DNA from: Octopus vulgaris
Lineage: Eukaryota
Assembly: GCA_951406725.2 (NCBI GenBank)
Contig: OX597815.1
Coordinates: forward strand, 109,492,001 to 109,556,000
Direction of reading: 5' to 3'
DNA length: 64,000 nt
The position numbers were made by a program, and so were the translations under genes. The notes beneath the pieces were generated by a model. It was not told the origin of the DNA and searched no databases. It was given only the letters and a program-made list of their open reading frames with translations. Within the stretch, counting starts at the first letter, position 1. Each line of letters starts with the position of its first letter. Positions 26,143 through 42,493 of the stretch are shown in pieces.

Positions 26143-26772
26143 GACAGACAGACAGGGACAGACAGAGACAGACAAAAACGACAGACAGACAGAGACAGAG
26201 AGATTAGGGTTGGATTAGGAAAACACGGGTGAATACCTTGTAATATTTATTTACATTGCATTAATTTCTAACTACGTCATGCTGCATTACGACCAGGGTA
26301 TATAAAGTAAAGTACCAGACAAACAGTGTACTTCACAGAGCCCAGTGCGTGACTCCCTTCGCTCCTCCATAGTTTGTAGTCATTTATCAAGTCGAGGACT
26401 TGATGCGGCGGAAGTTGAACCAAACTGAGTGCCTTGAAGCTTTTAGTTATCTTGAGGATACTTGATAGATAACTGAGCAGACGTTTGCAGGTTGAGTTAA
26501 ATTTTCTCAAGAAAGGCTCTACAACTTTTTGTTAAGAAGTCTGAAATAAATATAAGTTCAAATCCAGTAGGTTCAAACGATTGCAAGGTTAGTCGATCAA
26601 ATTATCATGTAAGAATTCTCTGATATACGTACAAACACACAACCCCAAACTTGTGAATAGAAATTATACGAATATGTATGTATGTATATATATATATATA
26701 TATACAAATATATATATTTATTTACATATATGCATTTATACATGGATGTATCTCTCTCTCTCTCTCTCTCTT

Positions 26773-26827
<55 letters not shown>

Positions 26828-26917
26828 CATACACACACACACACACATATATATATATACTAACAAATAAATAAACATATGCATATATGTGCACAAATGT
26901 ACATATATACATGTACA

Positions 26918-26972
<55 letters not shown>

Positions 26973-27113
26973 TTATACATATTTATAGATTTGTATATGG
27001 ATATACATGCATCAAATGTATGCACGTGTGTATGAGTGTGTATATGTGTCTGTATGTATGTATAGACAACATGGCCATAGTAAAATGACTGGAACAAGTT
27101 GAAGAGTAAAATA

Positions 27114-27195
<82 letters not shown>

Positions 27196-27406
27196 ATAAA
27201 AGATAGGATAAAATCTTTAGAAGAATAAGTCAGCGTGAAAAACCTCATAAGGGAAAAAATTTTGATTATTCCCTTAAAATATATTTATTTATATTAAATG
27301 CCCTTAATATATATATATATATATATATATGAATGTTTGTGCATATATATAAATGTGTCTATCTATATATATATATACATATACACACATACACACACAT
27401 ACACGC

Positions 27407-27469
<63 letters not shown>

Positions 27470-28134
27470 CATATAAGATGAGCACAGAGGTGTACGTACG
27501 CCGCTATATGTATATAGGTAAATATGTAAAATGGAACAAAAACGCAATAGAGGACAATATATATACATATATATACACATACATATATATATACATATAT
27601 ACATATATACATATATGTACATGCATATATATATATACACACACAAACACACACCCACATATTCTTGTAGATAAATACCTACATATAAAGGATAAACGAA
27701 AATATACGATAACCAAACGCCTAATCTCTTAATTAATTTTTTTAAACGCCAGCGAGCAAAACTTGATAAAATGTGTCAATGCCAGAGATTATTGGATTAG
27801 ATTATGAATTATGTCTCAAACGGTCATTGTATACATCATGTACAAAGTTTTATTACAACAAATTTCTTATAAAGGTACCCCCATCATATATGCATACAGG
27901 CATATATATATATATATATATACCTATTTATATATATATACATACATACATATATACACACATACACATATATATATATATGCATACAAACACGTATGTA
28001 TGTATGTGTGTGTGTATGCATTGGTTGGTGAGTATTTTACTGAATGAATCATGTTTCAATTCTAGGTGATCCTGATCAGAAGTCTGATTCAACTCACAAT
28101 CAAATGGGGTTTAATTTTGTAGCTGCAATATGCA

Positions 28135-28172
<38 letters not shown>

Positions 28173-28307
28173 TACATACATGCATGCATATATATATATA
28201 CATAGATACATATAACGAGAGAGGGTTTACTGCTCACTGAAGTTAGGCTCAACGAAAAATGTACGGTGTCTAGTGACAGATAAATATTATTTTAATGCAT
28301 GTATGCA

Positions 28308-28386
<79 letters not shown>

Positions 28387-28429
28387 GATACACACACACA
28401 CGCAAATATATATATATATATATGAAATT

Positions 28430-28600
28430 TATACAAAAACAAACGTCAAAGACAGGTGTATGAACAACAAGCAAATGTATTAGTTTGACGCTCGGGAGAA
28501 ATTAAAAAGTCTTTTACGTTTCGAGCCTACGCTCTTCGACGGAAAGGAATAAGAGAGAATAAACGGAGATAGAGTGAAATATAACGTGTAGAATTTTTTT
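28430..28600 (-). mobile_element. Penelope-like terminal repeat fragment (family 2) with hammerhead-like motif at 28511-28546
   Basis: Minus strand reads cttt-CCGTCGA-A-GAGC-GTAG-GCTC-GAAA-C-GTA-aaag. Homologous to 1400-1610 and 44585-44770. Flanked by (TA)n. Confidence 0.6.
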
Positions 28601-28629
28601 TTACATATATATATATATATATATATACG

Positions 28630-28691
<62 letters not shown>

Positions 28692-28771
28692 GCATATATA
28701 CATATATATATATATATAACATATCTATATGTATAGGTATATCTACGTATGCATGTATGGATAGATGTATG

Positions 28772-28830
<59 letters not shown>

Positions 28831-29747
28831 GATAGATAGATATATACGTATGCGTGTGTTTGTGCATGTGTGTATGTGTGCATGTGCTGTTTGTGTTTGA
28901 GTTTTTCTCACCCTACTGCTCAGAATCTCGTTTTGGTTTGCTTAAATCTCTGTAGCCTGGCGGTTTGGCTAACGAGAGCGATATAATTAATACCCAACTA
29001 ATAAAAATCAATGATAATAAAATAATTACTGGTATGATTTTGTTCGACTTGCATGTCCACACTTCATGGCGTAATCTTTTAAGATGGGATATTTTAAAAT
29101 TCCAAGGGTAATTTTGGAGTTTCCAATTGAGAAATTGTTTACAGATAGAAAAATTCTTTAAATTTCTTGAGAATTTTTAAGGTTCTTTTCTGGTAGATTT
29201 ATTTCTTTAAATGTTAATATGCAATATATTTTGTCGTATTCAAGTCTACTTATTTATTGTCATATATAGTTGTGTAGGCCTGGAATTAGTATTATAAAGT
29301 GATAAAGACAATGGTGATTTAAAGAAAATGAACACGAAATATTGGTCTAGTGTGAATCAGTCAATAAATCGATTATGTTAGAATCAGTAGGTTGTGGGGA
29401 ATGACTTACAGTAGAATCTAGTTACGTCCCTTTAATTTTCTGAGTTCAAATCGCGTCGGTCTCCGTTCATTCTTCTAATCATTTACATTAATATTAGTTT
29501 GGAAGTTGTCCATAACGAAAGAAAAATACCAACTAAAGCAAATACTCAGATCGATAAATTCGAACTCCGCCCCAAATGATTGGCCTTGCTCTTATTTGAG
29601 AAATTATCATCATCATCATCATCATCATCATCATTTGTTGTTGCTGTTCTTGCTCTTGTTCTTCTTCACTGCCTATTACAATGTTAAACTAATACTAACA
29701 CTTTTGATAGTAATAATAATGATGATAATGATAATAATAATAACAAC

Positions 29748-30519
29748 AATCCTTTCTATTATAGGCACAAGGCCTGACATTTTGGGGAGGGGTAAGTCGA
29801 TTACATCGACCCCAGTGCGTAACTGGTACTTGTTTCATCGACTCCGAAAGGATGAAAGGCAAAATCGATTTCAGCGGAATTTGAACTCAGAATGTAGAGT
29901 CGGGGAAAAAAATGCTACTAAGCATTTTGATCGACGCGCTCGATGATCCACACCTTTAACAATAAATGAAACTTCTTTGAAACCTTTGCACAAGTCTAAC
30001 AATCTTAGGGGAAGAGGTTTGTTTGATTGTACTGGATTGGTACGTTGTTTTATCGACCTTGGAAAAATAAATGTCAAAGCTGACCTCAATGAAATTTAAA
30101 CACAAAATGTAAAAACTCAGAACCAATACCGAGAAGCATTTTGTGACATGTGTTAGCGATAATAATGATAATAATCCTTTCTCCTATAAGCACAAGGCAT
30201 GAAATTTTGGGGGAAGGGACTAGTTGATTGCGTCGACTCCAGTGCATAACTGGTACTTAATTTATCGAACCCCGAAAGGATGAAAGACCAAGTCAACCTC
30301 GGCAGAATTTGAACTCAGAACGTCAAAGCGGACAAAATGCTCCTAAGCATTTTGCTCGGGGTTAGTCTCTTCACGTTTTGAGCTGAAATTCCGACAAACA
30401 CGAGTTTGCCTTTCATTCTTTCGGGGTCGATGAATTAAGTACCAGTTGAACACTGGGGTCGATATAATCGACTTACCACTCCCCCCAAAATTTCAGGCCT
30501 TGTACCTATTATAGAAAGG

Positions 30520-30586
<67 letters not shown>

Positions 30587-30812
30587 GAGAAGGTGGGGAT
30601 CTGACAGAATTGTTAGCACGCCGGACAAACTGCTCAGCGGTATTTTAACCGTCTTTACGTAGTAAAAATTCCGCCAAATTTCTACTTTGGCTTTCATCCT
30701 TTCGGGGTCAATGAAATATGTACCAATCAAATACTGAAGTCGATTTAATCAACTAGACCCCTCCCCTCAGCACCCAAAATTTCAGTCCTTGTGCCTTTAA
30801 TTGAAAGGGTTA
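29748..30812. mobile_element. Cluster of five SINE family B copies (three minus, then two plus)
   Basis: The CCTTTCGGGGTCGAT.AATTAAGTACCAG block recurs at ~29748-29940(-), ~30000-30150(-), ~30175-30358(-), ~30365-30520(+) and ~30588-30812(+), with (ATT)n/(AAT)n tails. Confidence 0.85.
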
Positions 30813-31349
30813 TTATGTTTGGTGTTATTGTTGCGGTCACACACTCAAACGCATATCTTTTATATGTTTATACAATCCTAACACACACGCACATACACAC
30901 GTGTGTGTCTGTGCGCTTGTGCGTGTTTCTACACACTCACGACATTATACTAACAAGATATCTATCATTTTCAACATTTTCATGCAGTACTCTCTGGCTT
31001 AACATTATGAGCCACGTAATGTCCATTATCAGATATGTAAACTACTCTCTGATATGATATTAAACCCTATAATATTTTCAAAATCTATATTACCAGTGAC
31101 TTAACTCTGATAAAATGGCGCTTTTGAGATATGTGTTAAGATAGGTAAATAATACAATAATAATTATTATGCAATATGATTATTATTTTTAGTATTTCTG
31201 TTGTGGTTATTATTATGATAGAGATGTATCTTCTCTCTTCGTCTGTCTATTTATTTATCTGTCTATCCGTCCATGTATATATCAAGTGATATTACATCCT
31301 TTCCCGATTATATAAACGCAACATGCATACATGCACAGATAATAAATAT

Positions 31350-31525
31350 TGGGTTGAAATTTTGGCACAAAACCAGTAATTTCGGGTTGGGGGTTATGTC
31401 AATTATATCAATACCAGTGCTCAACTGGTATTATTTTATCGATCCCTAAAGGACGAAAGGCAAAGTCGACCTTTGGCAGAAATTGTACTCGGAAAAATAA
31501 AGACGGACTAAATGCCGCTAAGCCT
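31350..31525 (-). mobile_element. SINE family B
   Basis: CAGTGCTCAACTGGTATTATTTTATCGATCCCTAAAGGACGAAAGGCAAAGTCGACC block. Confidence 0.8.
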
Positions 31526-31774
31526 ACACGTCGCTCTTTTTCCACACATAATATATATTGGTATATTTATTATATATGCGTATAGGTATAAAATACTTAT
31601 GCGTATATAGACATATACAGAGGTATCTCTTTAAGGACACAGAATTATATATGTATATACATGCACCGCTCCATATGTATATATATATATTTATTTTATT
31701 TTTTAATTTTATTTAGTTTCAGCTCACAAGCTGTGGCCATGCTGGGGCACTGACATATATATATGTATATGTAT

Positions 31775-31950
31775 GTGACCGCGTGTGTATCGTTTTCCCT
31801 CCGTCTTCCCTTCCTTGGATCTTTCCTTTTCCTATGTTTCTGACGAAGAGCTCCGCTCGAAACGTTAAATCCACCTTCTTTCTTTCCTTTCCTGGGCGTC
31901 CAATAACACTATAATTGTTCCACGTCCTCGCGTTGTGTTTTCTCTTTGTT
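31775..31950 (+). mobile_element. Penelope-like terminal repeat fragment (family 1)
   Basis: Reverse-complement homologue of 7532-7750 and 46955-47175; bounded by (TA)n-type repeats. Confidence 0.7.
31836..31870 (+). ncRNA. Minimal type I hammerhead ribozyme motif (putative)
   Basis: gttt-CTGACGA-A-GAGC-TCC-GCTC-GAAA-C-GTT-aaat: canonical CUGANGA and GAAA boxes, stem II GAGC/GCTC, palindromic AACGTT in place of stem III, short stem I. Confidence 0.65.
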
Positions 31951-31978
31951 TGGACTATATATATTGTTTGGACTATAC

Positions 31979-32017
<39 letters not shown>

Positions 32018-32020
<3 letters not shown>

Positions 32021-32335
32021 GAGCAAATCGACCCTTTGACTTATTCTTTGTAAGAATAGAGTACTTATTCTATCGCTCTCTTTTGCCGAACCGCTAAGTT
32101 ACGGGGGCGTAAACACACCAGCATCGGTTGTGGGGGTGGGGGCAAACACACACACACATAATACATATATACCACGGGCTTCTTTCCGTTTCCGTCTACC
32201 AAATCCACTCACAAGGCTTTGGTGGGGCCGAGGCTATAGTAGAAGACACTTGCCAAGGTTCCACGCAGTGGGACTGAACACGAAACCATGTGGTTCGTAA
32301 GCAAGCTACTTACCACACAGCCACTCCTACGCCTA
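32018..32335 (-). mobile_element. SINE family A with intact 5' head
   Basis: Minus strand ATAGGCGTAGGAGTGGCTGTGTGGTAAG (A-box-like) ... GTTCAGTCCC (B-box-like) ... ACCTTGGCAAGTGTCTT (CORE-like). Confidence 0.85.
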
Positions 32336-33244
32336 TATATATATATATGTAAATGTCAATGTACGCTAAACTCTGAGTAATGAAACACAGAGTAGTTTTA
32401 TTGAACCTAAGTATGTATATAAATATAGTCACACGTAAACATAATTGTATTTGTCTCCACATGTATGTGTGAGTGTGCGGCTGTTCTAAGCATGCCGTGT
32501 TAGTAGCTACATCTCCACTATCATAACCACGTTCAATACCACCACCACCGCAACCACCACCACCACCACTACCACCACAACAACCACTACTTCCGTCACC
32601 GCCAACAACAACATCAATAATAACATCAACAACAATGACAGTAACACTAACAACAACAACAACAGCGACAACAACAATCCTTGTCTCATCACCACCATCA
32701 TACAAAAATACCAGCGCGACTGCTAAGGCGAGCGACAACTACCACCACCACCACCACCGCCACCACCACCGCCACCACCACCACCGCCATCATCTCCACC
32801 ACCACCACCACCACCACCACCACCACCACCATGAATTTCAAACTCCACCACCATCAACATTCCACCCAGTTTTTCCGTGCTCTGTGTCTCTACATAATTA
32901 AGTAGCAACTACCATCAACTTAACTAAAACAACATCATAAGCTCATTACTCGCTGTGTCTCAATTGCTTTGCTTCTCCGTCTGGGTTTTCTTTTTCCGCT
33001 CGTCATTACACCTCTCCCCCACCACCACCACCACTTATATCCATCTCACCCCACCCACCACCACCACCACCACTCTTTATACAATACACGAAAAGATGTG
33101 TGGCGTGTAGGTGTATCTATGTGTATTGTATGTATGCATACGTATGTGTGTGTGCGAGTGTGCGTATGTATGTGTATGCATGTGTATGAATGTATGTGTA
33201 TGGATATGTATGGATATGTGTGTATGTGCGCGTTGTGCATGCAC

Positions 33245-33287
<43 letters not shown>

Positions 33288-33351
33288 TCTATACGTATAC
33301 GTACAAGTATATAATTGAGGTATGCTAATATATATGTGTATGCGTGAGTGC

Positions 33352-33404
<53 letters not shown>

Positions 33405-33413
33405 CACACACAC

Positions 33414-33452
<39 letters not shown>

Positions 33453-33855
33453 CATACATGCATATATATATACTTATACATGAACGCAACATACATATAT
33501 ATATATATACACACATATGTATGTATTCATGTATACATACATTCATACACACATTGTCAGTGGCAAGGATGTCGCCTTCCCCGTCACTGGGGCCCATTAC
33601 CGCTTCTATCGCCACCACCACCACCGCCACCACCACCACCACCATCAACACCACCGCCTTTCCTACTCCGCCGTCGTAGTAGTTTGCGAGTTTGCTGAAC
33701 AGCGGCGAAACTGGCGTCCTTTAATTAGCTAATTAGCAACGATTATTTACTTATAGCTGTTACAGTTTCTCCTCTTTCTTATTTCTTATTGTTGTTGGTG
33801 TTGGTGTTGCTGTACTGTGACTGCTGCTGCTACTACAACTACTACTACCACCACC

Positions 33856-33915
<60 letters not shown>

Positions 33916-33934
33916 GCTACTACTACTGCTGCTG

Positions 33935-33989
<55 letters not shown>

Positions 33990-34636
33990 CACTACTCTCG
34001 GTGATCTTGTTTATTATATGTTTTCATCAATTTTTTGTTGTTGTTGGTAGGAGTGAATAGTGAGGGAAGGATAGAGAATGCGATACAGTTGTAAGGAGTA
34101 GTAGTAGTAGTAGTTGCTATTCCTCGTGGTTGTTCACACACACACACACACACATACATAGACGTATATATAGATATATATGCGTACACGTTTATATATA
34201 TATATATTCATAGATACGCACATACGCACACATACACATAAATATATATATACATATACAGACGTATAATACATGTATATACATATAAATATATGTAATA
34301 TATATATACACATGTACATATTCGTACATACATTGACACTCACGCGCACACACAAACTCACACACACATACATACGCGTGCGCGTGCGCAAACAAACCAA
34401 CAAAACAAACAAACAAGTCTACTGAAGCACAAACCCCGAAAACAAATCAGCGTCCATGTAATCTAATCTCGGAACACTAATTTTAGACAAAGACAAACAA
34501 CTTAGACACATACAGGCGCACGGAGCACACGCACATACACACATAGAGACACACACAAATACACACACATACACACACACGCACGCGCACACACCAAGTA
34601 GTGCATGTACAAAGGTATATAACCATTAAAAGAAGG

Positions 34637-34782
<146 letters not shown>

Positions 34783-34839
34783 CACACATACATAAATGTA
34801 TATATATATATATATACATATATACATATATATATATAT

Positions 34840-34922
<83 letters not shown>

Positions 34923-36349
34923 CACACATATCGTGTGTGTATATAGTATGCTATCAAATTGAAATAATATATTCGTAAATGCATGCAGGTAAAACGAATG
35001 TATATAAAACATCTAAATGTAAAAATAAACGCGCAGACATACGCATACAGATATAAGTAAGCAACAACACATATGCACACAGACATACGCTGATTCCCGC
35101 ACATACATACACTCATACGGACACATATAAATATGAACACATGCGTTAGATGATACAGTATGGGCAGTCTGACCAAATGACTAAGAATGTTCCTGCGCAA
35201 CCGTGTGGTCCTTGGTTCAGACTCATTGCATAGCACCTTGGACAGGTGTTCATTTTCGATAACCTCGCGTTGACACGTACCTGGTGAATGAATTTGAGTA
35301 CAAGATCAATGTGCAATCACATTTAGCTAGACCGTACCTGCAATTCAAAAAATCCCAAATGAATTCGCCTTCGAATTACATGACCCCTTTGCCTGTTTTT
35401 TTTTGTTTGTTTTTTTTGTGTATTACCTGTGATACAACTGTACATATTTGACCTTGCGTCCACGCACCCGATACGTTACACGTCCCCAATATTAATTTCA
35501 AAAAGACCCTTTTTTTCAAAAGGAAACCTTTATGTTAATTAGAACGAATGAAACAAAGGCCAACTAAAAATCTGAAAACAAGCATAGACGTTTAGGAGAA
35601 ACGTATGAAGATTATTTGGACGGGCAAAACGTTAACCGTATATGTGCGTATGGACTATACGACCACTTACAGGCTATTACAATAAGCCTTGTAGTTTAGT
35701 TTAGTTTATGCAACAACATAATACATACATTAGGGGAAATTCTGATCGAGAGTAATTTATATGAATTTACAAACAAGATGGTCGTTGCCTTTCAATAGTG
35801 CAATTTGCACATTAAATTTTTGGAATAATAGTACTATTGTAAGGTAACAGCCGGTTAATAAACGTAATAGAAAAAACATATTGAGCAATGTTTGGCGCAC
35901 AATGTAGCAATCACTCAAACAAGCACGTACATGCACGCACTCGCACACACAAAGACACATGGAAAAAGAGACATGGAAAATTATATATATATATATCTTT
36001 CTATTTATTTGTACTTACACAATATGAATTTCAATGTACAAACACCAATGTTTTTATACATATACATAAATTTGCACAACCGAAAAAATTAGAGTTCAAA
36101 ACGTACATACATACATACATACATACATACATACATACATACATACATACATACATACATACATACATACATACATACATACATACATGCATACATAGAT
36201 ATATATATATGCATACATAAATGTATGCATGCATATATATATATATATATATATATACATATTCATATATATATATAAATATTCGTACATTCATATATAT
36301 ATATATACACACAAATAATTCTATATCTATCTGTCTATCTATCTATCTA

Positions 36350-36437
<88 letters not shown>

Positions 36438-36591
36438 CACACACACATATATATATATAGGGAGAGAGAGAAGGAGAAAAAGGGAGGAAAAGAGAGAAAG
36501 TGGGAAAGAAAGAGAGAGGTATGAATTGTGGATATAATTCGTAAAACGATTGTACCAATAGTGAAAATATGTACATATATATATATATGTA

Positions 36592-36646
<55 letters not shown>

Positions 36647-37077
36647 ATCTATATATATATCCAGACATACACGCACACACACACACACACACACGCACAC
36701 ACACGCACACACACAGAGATATATCCTTTATTTTATAGTAAATTATACCTGCGATTTAGAGGGTAGGTACGTTCGTTTGTTGCATACATAAATGTTCAGT
36801 ATCAGTATCTGCGACATTGAGCGCTTTGGTCGGGAAACCAGGTTCACAAATAAATATTACCAAACAATTGATGAACGAATACTTCCACCTCTACACACGT
36901 GTACACAAACATATATATATATATGTATACATATGAAGTAGGAATACGTACACCTACTTACATTTATATATTTATATATTTATATATTCAAGTGATAATA
37001 TACATCCAAATATATAAATATATATTGATAATCCACCTGTCCATCCATCCATCCATCCATCCGGCTATATATATATA

Positions 37078-37760
<683 letters not shown>

Positions 37761-38087
37761 ATAAAAATATTGATAAAGACTGTACGGATATATGTAAATG
37801 TATTTATCTTCACGTACAGCCACTACTAAATAGGAACTGAATATCTGTACATAGATGTATGTAAACACATATTTCAAACACACACACACACACACACACA
37901 CGTATATATATATTCATGTGAATGTACATATTTGTTTATATGTACAATGAAGCAAACTAACAGGTACAAACACATATAACTACAAGCACACATACATACA
38001 CACAACATACATACATACATGCATACATACATACATGCATACATGCATACTTACATAAATACATATATGTGTGTATCTATATATTAT

Positions 38088-38180
<93 letters not shown>

Positions 38181-38275
38181 GTTTTAAATATACCGTAAAT
38201 GGTCTTTTTACATACTGAACACTGCTTGGTAAAATTATTAATTAATAATTAATTAATTTTACCCTTATTATTATT

Positions 38276-38315
<40 letters not shown>

Positions 38316-38841
38316 CGTTTCTAATAATGTATAAAATCGCACAAGCCTAGATATACTTATACATATCATTAGTATTATACACATATACCTAAACAATTAA
38401 AACTATTTTTTTGTGTGTAATTCAGTAATGTATATTAGTATTTTCATCTAATAATTTCCTGTTTAATTTCATTTTATGGTCTATGGTGAGATGTTGTACA
38501 ATAGCTCCATGCTTGATGTATTGGACAAAGTAGTATGACACTATCACATAGGATCACCGCGCACTTGCAACATGAATCTATTGCGCAACCCTATAGCAGA
38601 AAGCTAAATTTCTGCTCGAATATTTACATATTTTTGAAAATTCCACAAAAAAAAATAAAATTTTAAAAATTATATGCATACACAAATTTGTCATTATATA
38701 TATAGTCATTTATGCATACACATATATGCATAAATGCTAATGACTACTTATGCATATTCACACATACACACATACATACATATATACACACAGATATATA
38801 TAAATATATATACGTTGCATTATATTACATTATAATATGTA

Positions 38842-38983
<142 letters not shown>

Positions 38984-39521
38984 CAATCATACACCCAAAC
39001 ACTCACGCGTTCACATGCGCACACAGGCTCATACACACATATATAGTTACATATATTCATATATGTATATGTATGTATGTATGTATATATATATATGAAT
39101 ATATATTTATATATATATATTTATATATATATACATACACACAAATGTATACATACGCACACACATATATTTGTATGCGTATTTTTTATAAAACTCTCTA
39201 TCTATATGCACATTCGTTCAAACATGCTTATATATATGTAATATATATACATATATATATATATGTGTTTGTGTGTGTGTGTGTAGGTGTATGTATGTAT
39301 GTGAAACGATCGTAACATGCTTTAAATATTTAATTCAAAAATGTTAAACTGTCATATACATTATACATCTATACTTATACATATTTACATATATTTTAAT
39401 ATATATATATTTATATTTATTTATTTATATATTTTAATACAACAATTATTTTTCACACATGTATATCATTCTGAGGAGTTTTCTGATATTGACTTCTTAA
39501 TATTAAAATTAATAAATTATT

Positions 39522-39580
<59 letters not shown>

Positions 39581-39709
39581 GTGTGTGTGTGTTTGTGTGT
39601 GTGTGTGTATGTGTATATATATATGTGTGTGTGTATTTAAAATATTTATACATACATATACGCATATGAACATATATGCATATAAATATTCATACATATA
39701 AATATGTGC

Positions 39710-39809
<100 letters not shown>

Positions 39810-39920
39810 TTGTACGTATACATACACAAGCGCGCGCACATATACATTCACACAAACGATACTCATTTATAAACAGAAATGAGTATAGGGTTAAAGAAAA
39901 ACGCTATCTCTCTCTCTCTC

Positions 39921-39986
<66 letters not shown>

Positions 39987-40472
39987 TATATACACACACA
40001 CACCAGTGTGCTATATGCAAGTAGGAGTATTAAATATGTAAACTGGAGATATCACGATGAAAGTTAATGTAATTATATACTCCTAAATGAATGAAGTTTC
40101 GGTATCAATGTATACGCCGATTATACGTTGCAGAGAGTATTACACTTACTTAATTCCTCTATTTATACGTGTTTTACACGCATTTACATGTGAGCCGCGG
40201 GCTATCGGTTGTTCTGGTGCCAAAAAACAATTACTTCATTTGTATAACGAGTTATGTACATAGATTATATTACGAATATGTAGCTGGAAATGAGTATGTA
40301 TGTATGTATGTATGTATGTATGTATGTATGTATGTATGTATGTATGTATGCATGCATGCATGTATGTATGTATGTATGAATGTATGTATGTATGTATGTA
40401 TGTATGTATGAATATATGTATGTATGTATGTTTGTATATATGAATGTACGCATATCAATATACATATACGTG

Positions 40473-40535
<63 letters not shown>

Positions 40536-40638
40536 TATATATAATTTATATTTTTGTTTGTGTGTGTGTGTGTGTATGTACTTATATAGACGCATATATA
40601 ATTATACAAACATATATACAGAATATATTTCTCGCTCT

Positions 40639-40685
<47 letters not shown>

Positions 40686-40798
40686 CATATATATACATAT
40701 ATTCATATATGTATGTATATACACGCATATATATGGTTATATATACGTATATATGTATATGTATATATACATATATATATGTATCTATCATGGCAGAG

Positions 40799-40830
<32 letters not shown>

Positions 40831-40901
40831 TACAATACATACAAATGCACGGATGCATATAGATAGATACCAAAATATGAACTCATATTTATTTACACAT
40901 A

Positions 40902-40947
<46 letters not shown>

Positions 40948-41420
40948 TACATACATACGAATATGTGTTTGTGTGTATCTGTGTGCGTTCTTGTGTATAT
41001 CTCCATAGGCATATATATATATATGTGTGTGTCGGGGAGGGGGTGTATGTCTATTAATATATGTTTTGTATATATAGACAAGTATTTTACATGCCTCATA
41101 TGCGTTATCTGATTTAAAACTCAATTCGGTGAGTAAAGTGGGCTGTCTTCGTATTTATTATATAAAATATTTGACATTCTACCCTGAAAGATGCGAACAG
41201 CCAAAGGCGAAACTCAGCATAGACTGTCGACTTTTGATATGATTAATATATGTAAGTACCCATCTATGTATATACATATGTATGTATGTATGTGTGTATG
41301 TATGTATGTATGTATGTATGTATGTATGTATGTATGCATGCATGCGTGTGTCTGTGATTATATAAGCCTATCTAACTCTGTCACCCATATGTGTGTGTTT
41401 GTGTGTGTATGTATATAAAT

Positions 41421-41468
<48 letters not shown>

Positions 41469-42144
41469 TTTATGTGTGTGTATGTATATATGTATGTATA
41501 CGCATGTATATACGTATATATATATATATAGATATGTATATATGTAAGTATCTATCTATAAATATATATATCTATATAAATACACATATATATCTGTTAA
41601 CAGAGAATGAGTGAGAGAGAGAGAGACGCAGAGAACAAACATACAGACAGATAGACAGTCGGACTGATATCTAGCTAGATAAATAGAAGGATAGTCATAT
41701 AATTATACATGAGTATAGGCGCATACATGAACTCACACCTTAACATATTCATATGCCGCGCGCGCGCACACACGCTTGCACGCAAACACACAGACACGTA
41801 CACACACACACACACACACACATGGACATTAATATGCACACGCATACAAGACACTCAGAATATTCGTATTAATCTTCTATAATGCATAAATATACTTATG
41901 TATGATCGTATAAATATTATACACACATACACATAACATATAAATGTTATGCACACATGTATACGAGGACCGTTTACATGGAAGTCCCTCATTCACACTA
42001 AATGCCACACGTCAGGAGATTTCAAGTAGTGAAAGCGTTTCAATGCTAACTGTGTTGCTCCAGTATGGCAGCGAATCTGCAACTGAAATCAGTCGTACAT
42101 ACCATACTTATACATATATAGATATATGTACATAATATAATATA

Positions 42145-42199
<55 letters not shown>

Positions 42200-42450
42200 C
42201 ATATATAACGTACATCATATGGCTTTTATCTTTTATTGTGGCCATGCTGGGGCACCACCTTCCCCTTAAAGGATTTTAGTCAAACAAATCGCCCCAGTCC
42301 TTTTCATTATTAGTAAGTCTGGTACTTCTCACTCTATAGCTGAACTGCTGTGTTACGAAGGCGTAAACAAACCGACACGGGTTTCGGCGGCGGCGGCGAC
42401 GGTTGTGTTCGTGGGCGGATTAGGAATAGGAGAAGAGAAGGTAGGAAAAT

Positions 42451-42493
<43 letters not shown>

